NCBI GenBank assembly: GCA_030704615.1
Contig: CM060733.1
Span: forward strand, 16,120,001-16,184,000
From: Takakia lepidozioides
Taxonomy: Eukaryota > Plantae > Bryophyta
DNA length: 64,000 bases
Direction of reading: 5' to 3'
Below the pieces are notes generated by a model. That model ran no database searches and was not told the DNA's origin. It saw only the letters and a list, made by a program, of their open reading frames with translations. Both the position numbers and the translations under genes were made by a program. Below, in pieces: positions 39,001 to 54,401 of the stretch. Position 1 is the first letter of the stretch; every line of letters begins with the position of its first letter.

Positions 39001-42000
39001 CCTTTCCATGGATATTGAGTAGACCTAATGACTCTCAGACTGTGTTTCAGACATTTGAATGCTCTCACTATGCTCTGTTGACTTAGTAATGTAATCAAGA
39101 AACAGCCACACAGCGCACACAACCAGGAAGTATCTTCAAACCGGGTGTACACAAACCTGAACTGCAGTCAGTGGGACTGATCCAGTTGATATGGCAGCCA
39201 CAAAGTTGAGCACTAGAGCTACCGCGTTGACCGTCAACTGAAACTGTATGAACTTTTGAATATTCACATACACAGATCTTCCCCAGCGCACCACCTGATG
39301 CAGGCACCAAGTCAGAAGAGAGGAGGAATTCCAATGTGTAGTAGGATCCAGATAGTGTAACAAAAAATTTACAGCTTGTGCTCATGATTTCAGACCATCA
39401 TGCATTCATACAAAACATGTAAGGCAAAACAGGAGTTCACATTACCTTGACAACTGAAGTGAAATTGTCGTCCAAAATAATAATATCTGAACTATCCTTG
39501 GCAACTTCTGTCCCCGCAATACCCATCGACAGCCCAATATCTGCCTGCCATCACCACATACACTTCTCTAGCATTCTCTTACCATTGATTAAAGGGAGAG
39601 TGCAATTGCCCGTTGTGTGGGCAATCTGAAGACAGTACTCATTTTCTGATACACTGTCCGGGGTTCTCTCACCAAAGAGACGCTCTCTTCAAATCTATTA
39701 AGGGAATTGTGCCTGTACCCCTGTTTACCAACTTTGAAAGTCTCGAGGCTGAGCCAAAAGCCCAGGCCCTCCTGAGGCCTAGTTTTTGGGCAAATCACAC
39801 ACAGCAGATTGATGCTTGTGTGAAGGGATTTCTAGAGGATATCTGGAAAACCCGGATTAATTCTTTATATGGAGGTAAGTCTTACTACCAACGTCAGCCC
39901 CTGACAGAGGTAGGTTCTGTCCCTTTTGTTCCCGCTCAAACTGGGCGCGGGGTCAATGGCCACAAGGCTACGGCAAACAACGTCTTATGAGTACAATCTT
40001 ACCATTGATTAAAGATCAACCCCAAAACCATCTTCATCTCCTAATTGACATTTCCACACCTGCCACTTTGCTGCCCTGGCTACCTCTTGTATCTATGTAT
40101 GTACATATGTTCCTATGACAAGTCTGGTGAAGGACCAATAAAGGTTGAAGTAGTATGCAGGAGCAGTGTTTCAGACCACAACCTCTCGAAGGGCAGGCGC
40201 ATCATTAGTCCCATCGCCAGTCACAGCTACCACTTCTCCTCTTTCCCTTAGAGATTTCACCAACAGAAGTTTGTCCATGGGTGAGGACCTTGCTACAACC
40301 TACAGAGTACAAGAATATTCAAGGATGGTCACCACATACTGTCTGCTTCATACACATGAAGCAACATATTTCAACCTCAACAGACTCGTTAGCAGTGGAT
40401 CCCACCAAAAGCAGACTACAATCGGACTTACAGTTGCGCTAAAGTTTCAAATCCAATGGACATGATATCAGCCGGGACTCCACTTTGCGAGATGAGGTTG
40501 TGTTAGCTGCTTTTCCCTTGCCATGATTGCAAAATCATGGCCAAAGGATATACATCGCTGCAGCAGCTGTTATGAGTAACTAGTTGCACAAAGCTAGACA
40601 GAGGTTTGGTTCAAGGGAACCAAACAGCTCCTAGCATACTACAACAACACTCACATCAATTTTAGGCAAGCAGTCTTCCATCTGCTTAGGGGTGTAGCTC
40701 CGAAACTCTCTGCCCTCGACTGCCAATCCACCAGGTGTCAAAATCCCACACTCTTGCGCGATGGCCTTTGCTGTGTACAAGTTGTCACCTGTCACCATGC
40801 GCACCTATGCAAACCAACCAGTAGCTCTATTCAGATTAGCCCAGCATTTGTCACCACGGACCTCCAAACTTCAATTGAATTGTACCCAACGATAGTACAG
40901 TTCAAGGTACGCATCTGGAATTGATAAGACGTCGAGGTCTGACCAGATGTTTTCAAATCAATATGCACAACCAACGCCAGTATACAAGCCCAGTACCTTG
41001 ACACCTGCTGCTTGACACTTTACAACAGCTTCTCGAACACCAGGTCTGCATGGGTCCTGTCATTACAGTTTGAAAGTCAGACTCTGAAAGAATCCAAAAG
41101 TCAAGACTCAAAAAGTTGCAATACAGCATCTGTCAAGTGCGAAACAGAATGAGAAGGGCACAGCGTGAATGAACAGACAGCAAACATATCTCAGGCATAC
41201 AGACAGTTAATCAAACTGAATTTCTTCCACCAGAAAATGCTGCTTACCAAGTAGACTATAAATACCTTCATTCCCACGACGGCCATCAAAATGAGACCTT
41301 TGTCAGGTATTTGCCACCTAGCCCGCGACTCCTCATCCAGGGGTACATCACTTTGCTCAATACATCGGTAAGCAAACGCCACACACCGCAAACTTGCAGC
41401 AGCCATTCCCTCAATAATGTTCCTCACCTCTAAAGCCTATACAAACCCACAAAAATTATAAGAATGGTTCCACTCTGCAACAAAGGCTTCTCTTCCTGAC
41501 TCGAATCTTTCCAGCGAAACCCACGGCACTCCACAAGGAACAATATAGAAACAACACCGCATCAGTGAACTTAACCTACTTACACGAGGGCCTGGTGGAC
41601 TCTGAACCCCGTTGAGAGGTAACCAAACATAAAATTAGATAGTCATATGCAAGGTCAGAGGAGAACTTACAAAGATTAAAACAAACGTGCAATAGAAGAG
41701 AGAAACAAACCATAAATAAAGATAGTGGATGTTTGGGGAGCCATCCAGATAATGTTACAGATGTAAAAAAGTTCAACAACAGAAGAATAAACAGTACAAA
41801 GAGGAGAAAACAAAAAGCATCTATCAATATAGTAACTTGATTTTGTTCAGTTGATGATAAAATGCACTGTCACTTTGGCCTCCGCCCAATGTCACAAAAC
41901 AGCTAACAAAACCAGCTGGAGACGCCTGTATGCACAGAAGGTGAAATAGGTTCTGAGACTCTCTAGAAGAATGAGGCATCAAGGAAATAAATGCACTGAA

Positions 42001-45000
42001 ACAGATTCTGTACATGGAGATTCAAAATATCCCTGGGAAATGATCATACCATTTCAGGTGTCAAAGACCGAATGGACCCATCTGAACTTAACCAATGGGT
42101 ACAAAGATCTAGAACTATTTCAGCAGCTCCCTTCCAATGTGCTTGGACATCACCAGTATTTCGCTGCATTGGACAACCCACGGACTGATTATAGCTATGG
42201 TCTTCAATGTCCTCCGATTGCAATAGAAGATCAGAGCTCATTTCACTGAGCGAAAAATCAAGACCTGGGAGGGCTGATGCACTGCTTACAGAATTACACA
42301 ATTCACACAAACAACAGCCATAGAAAAGCCATGTAACAGGACCACAACAAGCAAGATTACCTTGTAGACAACGCCAGCACGTTTTCTGGTTGAGTTGAAA
42401 GACTCCAAATGTAAAATGAAATTCTCTCTCCTTGTATCTTGAAAATCCATGCCAAGCTGATTGCTCCAAAAACAACAACCTCCCAGTTACTCTGACGGTC
42501 ATTATCCCATGAATGAATGATAACTGAGGCAACTACCAAGGGAACGCAGCAAGAGAGACACAGACATAGAGAGAGCCCTGCGAAATGGTAGCATGAACAA
42601 GAGCCTCCTTCCAATAGTACAAAATCCTGTCCTCTACCCCGTCGCTGTGGCTGTCAGAAAGCAAAATCTCCTGAAGACATACTCTACATGAATGGATGGA
42701 CAAGGCCAAGGGTACAGCAGATGTCAACATGTGTAACAGTGAAATTCAAGTCACAGTCTTGACATACCTCAAGGCCCCATGAAAGGATCGCTATTTCAGT
42801 TGGACTGCCAGTAACCACTGCCTCTGTTCCCTCCTGCATACCACAACCAAACTCCAAACATTTCAGGCCACAGTCACCAAACACCTTATCCAACACAAAT
42901 CCTCGATTGATGTGTACATCCCAAATGCCATATAATCAATGAACCTGCCCAAGAGATTCATAACCCGCTGAAATAATGAAGGGCTCAGGAACGCTGAGAA
43001 AGATGCACCTCTCGATATACCCTGACAGTTATGCAATAACTCTCGCTTTTTGTCCCTAGGGTACATGAACCATCCTGACTTTTCCCTCACACTGAAATCA
43101 CAGTAGCTCAAACACAGCCAATGAACATTCCACAATGATTGCGCACAGGGCGACAACAAATCTGGTTACATACACTTGACCAAATTATCTAGCCTCGTAA
43201 TAGAACGCATGATGATACTTCCAGCACTCTAGATTGGAACAACTGTGACGAGTGGCTGTAATTACGTCAAGACTAACCCTTAAGAAGAATCGAAGTCTTT
43301 CATGTCCAAATTCTTTTTGGAGGGAAGAACATGGTTACCTTGGGAAAAGAGACATCGCCATTGCTGTTTAGACAAATTCCATGAAGGAGAGTCTGAAATG
43401 CATCAGGGGGTAGCAACTTGGCATCCTTTGCCTCCCTTGTGTCACCGGCAATCCAGGCCTTCGTCACAGTCATCTGCATGCCGTAAAACCACCAATAATA
43501 ACTCAAACCAAGGATCCAATAAGGAATAATTGAGTTGCATAGTTCGGCAGCTCTGGTGTGCTGTCAGATTATAAAGGAAAAGCCAGATGTAGGCTGACTA
43601 ATCAAACAGAGCAGCCAGAACAGTGCTCAACAGCATAGCCCGTCTCAGAAGACCGACAAGTTTTGTTACGAGAATTTTTGCTTGGCACTGAGAGATATGC
43701 AAGTGCCTTACCTTGTTTGTTGTAAGAGTACCCGTCTTATCACTACAGATTGTTGTTGCTGATCCCATGGTCTCACAGGCTGAGAGATGACGCACCTGTA
43801 AAGCAACTAAGACATGTTTACAGATATACCTGATTGAATTTGAAAATAGAATATCACTAACCGCTCCTCCCTCTCTTACGACAATGCCAGAGTCTTTAAA
43901 TCCAGCGCTAGCACAGCAAGCAACCATACAAAGCTGCCATACCAACTTTCAATGGCGGAAGACAAAAGGACGCTGCTGAAAGTTTCTGGGAGGAACGTAA
44001 AAGACAAGCAATACAGTATTCTAAGAGCCCTTTCACTTACCAAGGACTTGTCTGCCATCATTTTACGCATCGAATACGCCAGCCTGAGAACAAAGGACCA
44101 GACGTACAATGAGAGGCATGAACTTCCCTCGTGCACTGAAGTATGACGAGGAACATCTCAATTCCAAACAAATGAACGCAACCCTGGATCCTTGACATGA
44201 GACGGATAATTGGTGAATGGTAATTTACTGAGGGAAAATTATTGTCACGGTTGACATTCCCAAGGTCGAAGAACTTGAGTTTGAGAAGCCAGAAGAAGTA
44301 CAGGCCCGGAAAAGAACCGAACCCATACGTGTTACTGCGGGTCGCATAGTTATAGGTTTGTCGGGAAATATGTGTATCCATATCTTTCCACCACGACGAG
44401 CATAACGAGTAATTGCTCGTCGTCCCGCTTCTATTTGTCTAGAAGTGATCCAAGCAGGCTCAAGTGCTTGAAGATTTGGGCATGTCCGTCGCCCGGGGTG
44501 ACCAAATCGAGTTGGTGGGCCCGCACAGATTCAGCCAGACTCAATATCGAATGACACGACTGTCCATGTCCTCCTTCACAGAAATAGATGGGGAGGCTGA
44601 TCCAGACTATAGGAAGTGAACCTAATTGTATTTTCTGAACCATTCCCTATGACGTTGCTAACTAGAGAAAACAGAACAGAAATGAAGGCTGGAAGCAGAT
44701 ACTCTGACAAGGCACATAGAACTATGAAAGTAGTTTTGTGACAATCCCCCACTATTGTGCCATGGGAGGCCTAGTATCGTAGAGCACCCTGAAGCAGAAT
44801 TTTCAAAACTCTCTGCATCAGTGCCTGTGATGTGAACTGCAAAATTCTGGGAGGAAGTGACAAGTGACCAGATTAACAGATGCAACTAGGCCACCACACA
44901 TGCTAACAAGGGACAGAGACATACGTGAGAGTCACAGCCAATGGAAGGCCTTCCGGCACAGCCACCACCACAATTGTCACCTGCCACACAAGACAGCTAA

Positions 45001-48000
45001 GCAGTTGACATCTGACTTGAATGATCTGGTGATAAAAATACAGCGTTGAGTGCAAAACACCAGCCAGCAGAAAATTTCTAGCAGTGACATTCTCGGCCTA
45101 AAATTAGGTCTAAGTTAGAATAGTAACATCATTGCCATCACATTGTTAACCACAAATAATACGCAATACTGCAAAAAGTGCAGAGAGGGACCAAAGCACT
45201 TACCGCAATCGTGAATATGTCCACAATTTTTGTGATCACTTTAGAGGGCTTCCTGTTGTGTTTATCAGCATGTTGATAGCCCGATCCGAAATACCTGAGA
45301 AGTTCTACAGATGTCAGCAGCATGACTTCACCTTATCAGATCAAATATCAGCACTTCATTGCACAACAGAGCGTGGGACAGCATTCAAATCTGCGTCGAG
45401 TCTGCAGAATGGAAGCCCATGACAGATACAAATAAATTTACTTTAGTTAAGGAAAATCAAGATAACAGCTGCAAGATGCTAACATTTGCATAGTGAGGAC
45501 TTGTAATTACCCTCAATTAGAACCACAAACAGGAGGTGCCACAGGTCCATGATTATTGATCAGTGATTGAAAGAGATATGAACCAGATCGTTTCCTCTTA
45601 AGTCAATCTAGCTGTAGCCTAACTAATGAATATTATCCCACAAGCAACATACCGAATGAAAAGGATGATGAAGACAAGGACCGCAACAGTCAATCCAACC
45701 TGCCCAATGAATGTTGCCGCTCCATTTAAGCGGACCTGCAAAATATCTAACACAGGTTAAGACTCTCTTGGACACATGAGTATGACTTTTCAAAACAAAT
45801 GTCAGAAATATGACCACTTTTGAGAAAAGCCTGAAGACAAGACATCTCAGAGCCCAACCATGGACAAAATGCAATTCCAGCAGTGAATGAAAACGGACGT
45901 TCCTGCCAAATCCATTGGGAACAAAAGCCTTACACAGCTGAGAAAAACATTCAAACCTGCAAGGGTGTCTCTTCCCCATTATCATCACTGATCGTTGTCA
46001 TGACTTGGCCCCACTCTGTATTTGTACCTACAGCTGTTACCTGTATCACATGATAAGTTACATCTCCACACCAGTGTTTTTGTTTTCCATTTTTCCTAAA
46101 TCGCCATAGGGGCCACATGTAAATTCTACCAAGTGTGATTAGAATAACGAGGTGGCAGGATTAGAAAAGTGGCTATGTAATAGGTGGCACGATTTAACAG
46201 GTCCACATAGGAAAAATCAGGCTCCTGATATTTGCCTACTGGCGCTTTCTGGCAAAAAAATATATTTTCACCCCCCCACAATTCCTTTGCAAAAGTAGCT
46301 GACGCATTTTCCAGGTCAAGATCTGGCGATTGTTCGCCAGAAAATAAAACAGTGCTCCACACCAACCAGCCTCCTGTATTGAGTGGGCATGATGCCAGCC
46401 TACATGTGCTTTAGAAATCACCCAGTCCACACTCTTCTGAAAATGGGAACGCTAACATGTGCATCAACAAAAGCAGCGGTAAATTCTTATGATCAGTCAG
46501 CTTACCAGCATTGTACCATATCCATCCACCACCTTGCACCCAGACATTAGAAAGGGTTTCTTATGATCCTTCTTAACCTGGACAAAGACAAGAGCCAACA
46601 CGACCCAGTATTAACAAAACGCTCCACATTGTCACTAAGAGAAGGTCAAACTCAGAATGTAGGAACCTTTGATACGTGGACACCTCAACCTCCAACTCAT
46701 AATGCGTGGATGGTATATAGTCCAGCTCTAATGAGAACTTACTTGAGCACTTTCACCAGTCATACTAGACTCATCTATCGATAGGGCATATCCAGACACC
46801 AGTACTCCATCTGCAGGTACCTGAAACAAAACCACCGGACGTACAAGCCATGACAAAGTTGTCTCTAATCAAAAGATCATATCTACCTGCCTGCAATTGG
46901 CAATGGGCTAATTAATCTCATATACTATTCACTGGTTCTCTGTCAGAAGGAAATATTCTCCCAAGCCAAAATGAACTTTCCAAACAATGCAAAATCAGCT
47001 CACTTAGTTGAAATTAGCAAAAACCGTGACAAACCCAATTTGGATTCCTGATATCACAAGGCACTTCAGAAGTATTGAGTGGAGGCACCTGACCACCAAT
47101 CGTCAACGGGACGATGTCCCCAACCACAAGATCGAATATAGATATGGTTCTTCGTTGCCCACTTCTCACGACCTGCAATAATTTTTCTACTTTCATTCTG
47201 AAACACAATCCTTCCACTACAAACAAAGTTCAAAAGAAGAGATGCAGTCCTCAAGCTGCTAAATTCGCATCCTATCGTTTTCCCTCAGCAGACCTAACAT
47301 TAAAAGCACAACCTAAGAACAGATGCAACTATGAGATCTCACTCGTTAAATGATTACTAGAGATCTAGCCGAAACTCTCTCTCTATCCTTCCAGTCATGA
47401 GAGCACCTACCAGCAACTGGATATTTTCTTTGTGTTGATTGAGATTTCGAAACTGCAGTGACTGCTTATAGTCGCTTCCAGCTGTTGGACAGAAGAAATC
47501 AAGTAAGATGTGACACTCACAGCCCTGCTTTATGGAGTCTTTCTTTACTTTGCCTACAGCCAGCGATTGCAAATCGATCGAGGGCATGATGTACGCAATT
47601 TCTAAAAGAGTTAGCCATACTAACATACACTGGAGTCATTCCTGCGAATACACCACACTCCAAACTACAAAGCAGCAACACTTCTAGTCAAACACTTGAG
47701 GCTCTCACCTGTGACCGCAATAACAAGTAAAACCGCAACAGCAATGCTTGTCCCATCATACCAGCCATTTTGAACTCCCTGCATGACGTGACACAAGGAA
47801 ATGAATAATAGTGAACAAGCATTCAATGCAAGGTTTGTTTAAAGTGTCTCTAGCATCCCTAGACATGGTAGCACAGTTGGAACTTTCAGACACAACAATT
47901 CATTCGACAACGAGTTAACCATGAGCGGATGAAGACCATAACCTCCGGTGCAAGCTGTTAAAACGCTACATTAAGGGTGGGGAATGCTCCTGTACCAAGA

Positions 48001-50700
48001 ATACAACTTGCAAGGAGCACATTTTGGAGACGTCGTATTCCACAAGCAAAGAATCACAATTAGAAGATCTGAGAGCAATTTTTCCATGAAAGCTTCCACA
48101 TTCAGAAAGTCATCAAACAACATCAGCAGGAAACTAAGAATTATGGACTGTTATCTTGAACAAGCTTCAAGCAAGCCCCTCCACCTCAAAAATGAGCTGG
48201 TATCACAGATAGCAACTTACTTCACTCCACATTCCCGTTGCCAACGCAACGGCTGCAGCCACCATTAGAATGATAAGTGTGGTGTCCTGGCAGGCCTCCC
48301 ACACAAATACCTGCAATACTAACCACTCTTACTGAGCAACGGAACAAGAATCCAAAGCACACAACCGACCATGGTCATGGTCCCAATAAGTAATTGCAGC
48401 CTGAAAGTTGCAGCTCACAACTTGATTGTCTTTGAAAACAAGATCTAGCTCTCAAGAAAACACCAAGCAGCTCCTTTCAAAAACTGGATAAACACCTACA
48501 TACCCATATGCTCTTTAAACCCTTTCTTGGATAGTTGTTTTCACCAAACGCATCCCTTCGCTTTTGTATCTCCTCAGGAGAATCGTCAATGCCCTCCTCT
48601 ATGTTGGTGTGAAGTGACTTTGCCACCCCTACAACCTGCCCATAACAAAACACACAACCCTGTTACCTTAAGGACCAACAGCACATTGGGATGCAGGTTT
48701 TCATCAACAAGCACAACTCTTGATTTGCTTCCTACTCAAGAATGTGGAGAAGCAATGTCAGAAGTTTATAACTTACCCCACCAAGACTTCGAAAACCTTC
48801 CAAATCAAGGTCCTGAAGTAATTGCACTAAGCGGCGAGGCCCCAGACCAAAGCCTGCTGGTGGCGCCTCTAGAACACACCCAAAGAAAGATTAAAATTTG
48901 ATGTCTTGAAGAAAGCGATAAGTAGAAGTTCAGTCAAGCAAGCTCAATTGGACCAAGAACCAATAACAATCTGGTCACATATCCAGGAGCGTGAAACACC
49001 ACTAATACACGAGCAGAACAATCCAATAGAGCACTGACAACTTCTTGGGGAAAAGATGGTACCTGCTCTAGCTTTAGCCCCAGCTTCTTTAAACCGGTGG
49101 ACCGCCTGTACAACCAAATTGGAAAATCACAATGTCAAGGAGGTGTTAATGCAAAAGCAGAGAGGACTGCAACCACATCCTCTGCAGTAAGTTAAAAACC
49201 CAATCAATCGACATGTCAGTGGCAAAAATTCTTAAGGAATCTTCTACTTCTGACGCCAACCACAACCTCATGGAGATGAGTATATACAGGCTGACAAAGT
49301 TGCGAAGGAGTTTCGTGTCTGATGCAGCAATACACATGATTGCATGTTAGATGATAACAGGCAAGGCCCAGTAAACAATAGTAACTGCCAGGCAAGTAAC
49401 AGCCAGGAAGAAATACCCTTAAGCAACATGCAATAGTGAGCATAACCATACACTCCTGCAACAGTCCAGAGAAGAAATCACACGAAAGCCACAAAGGTTA
49501 CCTATATATACATTTCATAAACTAAATTACAATTAAAAATCCAAATTAAAAATCCAAACATTCTTTCTGCTCCAAATTCAGATGAAATATGAACATCATC
49601 CCACACATTATCTTGCAAGACAATAAAACTGGCAGAACATGAGCTTCTTGGGTAGTTCTCATGGGAAAGTACACATCACTTACACGTATAGCATGGGCAC
49701 TAGATACGACCCGGTTCACAGTCCCGCCCCCTTTCAACTCTTCTTGCTTTTGGAGATCCAAAGTGTACCGAAATCGTCGGGAGGCATTGAGGGCCAAGGT
49801 TGCTTGCTGCACAATGCAAAACTTGTGGTTGTAACTCTATTAACATTAAACGGTTCATCCAGAATAGCACCATGTGGTTGAGAGGTGGGAGAACTCAACC
49901 ATATAGAATCCAAAAAAAGGTTGATGCCTGCCAAAGCGAGCATAAATTATGGTGTCTCTTCACCCCGAAGGACTGCTGCCTTCCATTGGGAAGGTGGACA
50001 CCTCTAAAAGCCGTAACCGGGGCAACACAGTTGTCCAATCCTCCCTCCCCCAATGACTCAAAAGTTCCCAGATACCCACACAGTAGGTAACCGGTTGATG
50101 CGGGGGCCTCCTTTTGCAGATGGCTTGGCTATAATGGATGGCATCCCACATACACCTATGTAGCTTTCAACCCACAACCGCTTGCAAGGCGGCCTGGTGC
50201 CCAAATCACCTGGCCATTTGTTGGATGCTTTATAGAATCCATAACAAAGAATTGTTAATGACTGGTTATAGTGGTTTTCATTGTTTCCTTGGAAGCACGC
50301 TGCAAAGTGACAACCAGAAATATCAACAAAACACAATGAAAAGCATCAATCCTGTGCAGGCTGGCAAGTATGGCAAAGAACAGCCTACTTGATGAAGTGT
50401 CTTAAGGCTTTTCATTCCAGTGATACATCCTGTAGTTAGAGCAACAATCTGCTATTGTGCGTAGTTCCAGGAACAATGTGGGCAAGGCTCATTCTCCATC
50501 CTCTACCTTAGGGCAAAGTAAAGAAGACCTACCCGCCATTTCTGAAGACTCTGGATACTAGGCTTTGGCGGAATATGGAAAACGTCGTCATCCTCCTCTT
50601 CATCTTCTTTACGAGCATGCCCACTGTCATCTTCAGGGCAGGGGCCTCTCAGTGGCGACTTTGCAGTAAAATTCATTCCACTGCCTTGCTCGGAATTCAT
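36100..50700 (-). CDS. ACA: Autoinhibited P2B-type Ca2+-ATPase, ACA8/9/10-like, ~33 exons; exact first and last exon limits uncertain
   Basis: N-terminal CaM-binding motif LQKWR|[18 protein letters not shown]. Also DESSMTGES (~46745-46775), [10 protein letters not shown] (~44930-44960), [11 protein letters not shown] (~43715-43750), [39 protein letters not shown] and FNEINSRKP. Confidence 0.93.
37054..37280 (+). mobile_element. tRNA-derived SINE in an ACA intron
   Basis: A-box TAGCTCAGTTGG at 37063-37074, degenerate B-box near 37105-37120, A-rich end. The 3' part matches the TSD-flanked insert at 38163-38300. Confidence 0.55.
38163..38300 (-). mobile_element. 5'-truncated SINE copy with (AATA)n tail
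   Basis: 13 bp TSD CTTTGGGTACATT at 38150-38162 and 38301-38313. Shares ATGCTTCATGGCT.AT.TGAAAGGGG with 37180-37210. Confidence 0.7.
39595..39996 (+). mobile_element. 5'-truncated LINE 3' end (C-terminal CCHC-like zinc knuckle) in an ACA intron
   Basis: 18 bp TSD TCTTACCATTGATTAAAG at 39577-39594 and 39997-40014. Encodes [28 protein letters not shown]. Confidence 0.85.
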
Positions 50701-53700
50701 TCCACTGCCTTGCCTTGCTTGGCTGGAATTTTCCACATAGTCAACCTTCAGGCCAGTGTGAGTAATGCTGGTACCATATGATCAGTGCCATGAGGCATAA
50801 GCCGCACACACATTGTTCCAAACCTGTCTCTGTCTCTCTCAATCAGCTGAGATCAGCCAAATACAATCACTCTGCATCCAAAATTTCTGGCTGCAAGACA
50901 ACAAATTTTGGACTGGACAGCTGCACTTGGTGCTCATCCAAGCATCACTTCAATACTTGAATGTTATCTCTTCTGCATGGCCGCTGATGTCCTATCATGC
51001 GTGAGACAGACTAAATACTTCAACTCTGCTCCGATAATTTGAATGTTCATACAGTGTTCGTAACTTCCAAAAAATTCTGTCACTGCCCTTCCAAGATAGT
51101 GGCACCTCTGACAGCCATGAAGAATAATGCACAGAAGAAGATCATAGAGACGCCTCTGGAGAGAACAACTGAAGATCGAATGTCCTGTGCCTCGCTTACT
51201 GGATAGTCCGTGTAAGAGGACAGACACAAGCTCATGCTGACGAACACAGGCTGCAAAAAGCATCAGCCACCGCCCATATGATCTTAAAGAGTGCTTCCAT
51301 CTTAAAGAGTGCTTCCATACGAATGTACAGTTCCAAGTACCCTGCCAGCACACTGACGAACTAATCTCAGCGACACCATAGCTCAGGCATCCACAATATC
51401 ATAGAAGAGTGAGAACAGAACTCAAAAATGTCTCACCTGAAATCCACCTAGCAAATCCACAGCCAACGACCATCCCTGCGTGCCCTAGCTGACCGACAAT
51501 ATACACCGGGCCAGATGACAGCAGCCATTGAAATGAGTTCCGTACTACACAACCTCCGCATCATGCTCCAAGACCGGACGCGACAGACCGCCAGGTAAAG
51601 ATGTACAGTCCAGAAGCTCCGCCCACCATTCCTCGTCCTCGAAAGGAGATCCGACCCCCTTACCAAATAACCAACAACGGCAATCACAATGTGGGCGTGA
51701 GGGATTTGCCATTGGGCCCAATTGGAGAGCAAGCTCCAGCTCTGGACGATACCACAACACGACAATTCCCATCTTTGCTTCTCATCCAATAGCCTGCTTA
51801 TGGGCAGTGCTGCATCGCGGAAGCTGCCAGAGCGCAGGTCATTGCAGCGTGGGGGCCAGCATTCATGCGTCTCCACCAACCCCCCCCCCCCCACTGCAAC
51901 TCCTCGGAACTTTCCTCCCCCATTAAACTTCTTCCCCGAACATGTTCTCTTCCGAGTGAGTGACCGTCGTCATCCTCAGTGCCACGGACCAGATCCATCT
52001 ATCGCACCTCCTTGACTGCTCCTTTATCTACGACTCTTTACTTATAAACCTCATTGTTTCAAGTTTTTCCCCACTCCTAAGGCCCCTAGGCTTACTACCT
52101 GATCCGACAGAGGAAAACATGTTGTAGACTTCAGGTTTTAGATTATGTTTTCTCCATAGAAAGTAAAAAGTAAAATGGAGCTCCAACTTCCAAGCCCTTT
52201 ATCTTATTTACTTTACTAATTTACTGTAAAGACACTATATGTGTAAAGACAAAAATATGGAATACCCATTTTCTGTCATCATCTCACATTTGTTTCTTCT
52301 TAACTAGGTATATATACATATCCAGGTATATATACTTCTTGGCTTTTTGGAAAAATTGCATCTCTTCTGATCTATGGGAAGCTCGCCTATTTTGTGGCGT
52401 TCTCCGGCAATTTGTGATGAGTTCGGCATTTACCAAGTATCCATGCAAGACTGACTCAAACTACCAACAACTAGGCAACACACCCACAGAGGAAAGAGGC
52501 TCTTACTTGCTGTGAGTTTCCTAAGCTGGTGTTTTATTTCTCTCAATATCATAATTAGAGAACTATCCCAGCTTTCCTTTAAGAAACATTAAAGCAAACA
52601 AAAACTAGCCTGACCCCAGTAATATAAGGTCCTTATGCAATTGTACATAACATATTTGATCTCAAATTTTCCAGCAGGTACTGAGAATATACGTCGGCTT
52701 CTGAGTTCCTTCCTGGAGGCGTATGGGAGAAGCTTTGTACAAGTGGGTCTTTGGGCGGTGTTGCTAGGTGCGCCCACTCTGTGATGCCTCTAACTCTCCT
52801 GGGCCATGCTGCCTTGTCTGTTGTCTGTTCCTTTCAGCCCAAGCTTCTAACTGGGGACCCTCATCAGACCCATAAGCGTAAAGGTGGTTCTTCCTTTCAA
52901 GAAGGTTGTTTGAAAGAAATTGGATTACTATGTAAGACAACTTTTAGAGAAGCTAGCTTCTCATACATGCACAGAACAAATTATACGATTTTTGTTTTGT
53001 GTAAGCCACGAAGATTGCTATATCCAGCCACGATAGAACCCATCCCCATTGAAAGGGGGTGTGTCTATCATAACTTGGTTTGAAGAGAGAGAGATGACGC
53101 CAACGCATTAAATGAGAGCCTCTTTCCGTACGCATATTCCCTCTAAAAACGCTAATAGGACACTCTACCGATTCTGTACGAGTTTAAGTCCCGTTGGAGT
53201 ACTTAGGGTACGGCCGGGTGGATGTGCCGGGTAGCTACACGGGAGACGCCTCAGCCGGGACCCACTTTCAATGTCCACCCCCTTCAATGCTCCTTCTCGT
53301 AAAACATTAAAAGAATGAAGTGTGGGAGAAAAGGAAGGCAGTTGATCGAGTCTCTTGTGAGAAATTTGTTGGCTCCTTCGGAATTTGAGACCAGGCATAG
53401 AGTCTTTTCTGCCTGGTGTACCTTCCCTAGTTAATTCCAACAATTGAAGACAATACTTCACTAGCAAATCACCAGTTGCAGTACAAGGAGTATATTTAAA
53501 CTTTCATTCACCTCTTGTTGTCCAGAGAGAGAGAGAACTGGGCCCAAGTCGGCATAACTAAAGAGTCACTTCACCTTGCAGTTATTGGCCCCTTGTAGAG
53601 GGGGCATGATATGTGGACAGAAGCACCAGGTTACTTAGTGAGGTATGGCAGAGTCTCAAACATGCTCCCTGAAACTGTGAGGAGGAGGATTAGACATTCT

Positions 53701-54401
53701 GATCAGAAATTACATGAATGCATCAATATAGTTTATAAGGGCCCAAGTTAGCACATTTGCATATGCACGAATCAAGAACCTAGGGACAGGAGGAAATGAG
53801 ACTGAAGGACCTCGGCCGAGCAATTCAAGAATGAACAGATCATCAAAATTTCTAGCTCAGAAAGATCAATGAAACATAAATATTTCAGAAGATAGTAGCC
53901 TTTCGGGTCGAGTGATACCAAGTTACGTTTGCTTCAACAAGAGTCCACATTTTTTTTTAAACCCAATGCATGGCCAACCTTGAGTGGCCACCACATCAAC
54001 CTTGCCATCTACATTGTGTTGGCAAGTTAGTGAGTGGATCCCAAAAAAGAGTTTGAGAAGCGTGTGTCATGTTCTTCCACACTGAAGAGAATAAGACTTG
54101 TAGGAATATGTGATGGGCTTCTTTGGGGTTTCCCTTTGAGGCATGTCGCCAAAGTTTTGAAGCTCCAAGATATGGAGGACAGTTTCAACTCCCTTAAAAT
54201 AAACACCCTATAGCCTAAATCATGAAATTTTGCTCTCCACTGGGCTACCTGCTCATGAATTTCATCTTAGTTCCACAAACACAACGCGTGCACCAAGGAT
54301 CATCTTGGCAATCTAGCTTCTTTGTGCCTACAGATCCTACAATTCGACGTCCTACAACATAATTTATGAAGTTCAGAGCACTCACACTAGGTCTGTACAG
54401 C

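Noticed and set aside
52590-53470. Possible organellar or viral insert between ACA and the TolB-like gene
   Set aside because: No recognisable motif in any frame; cannot be supported without a search.
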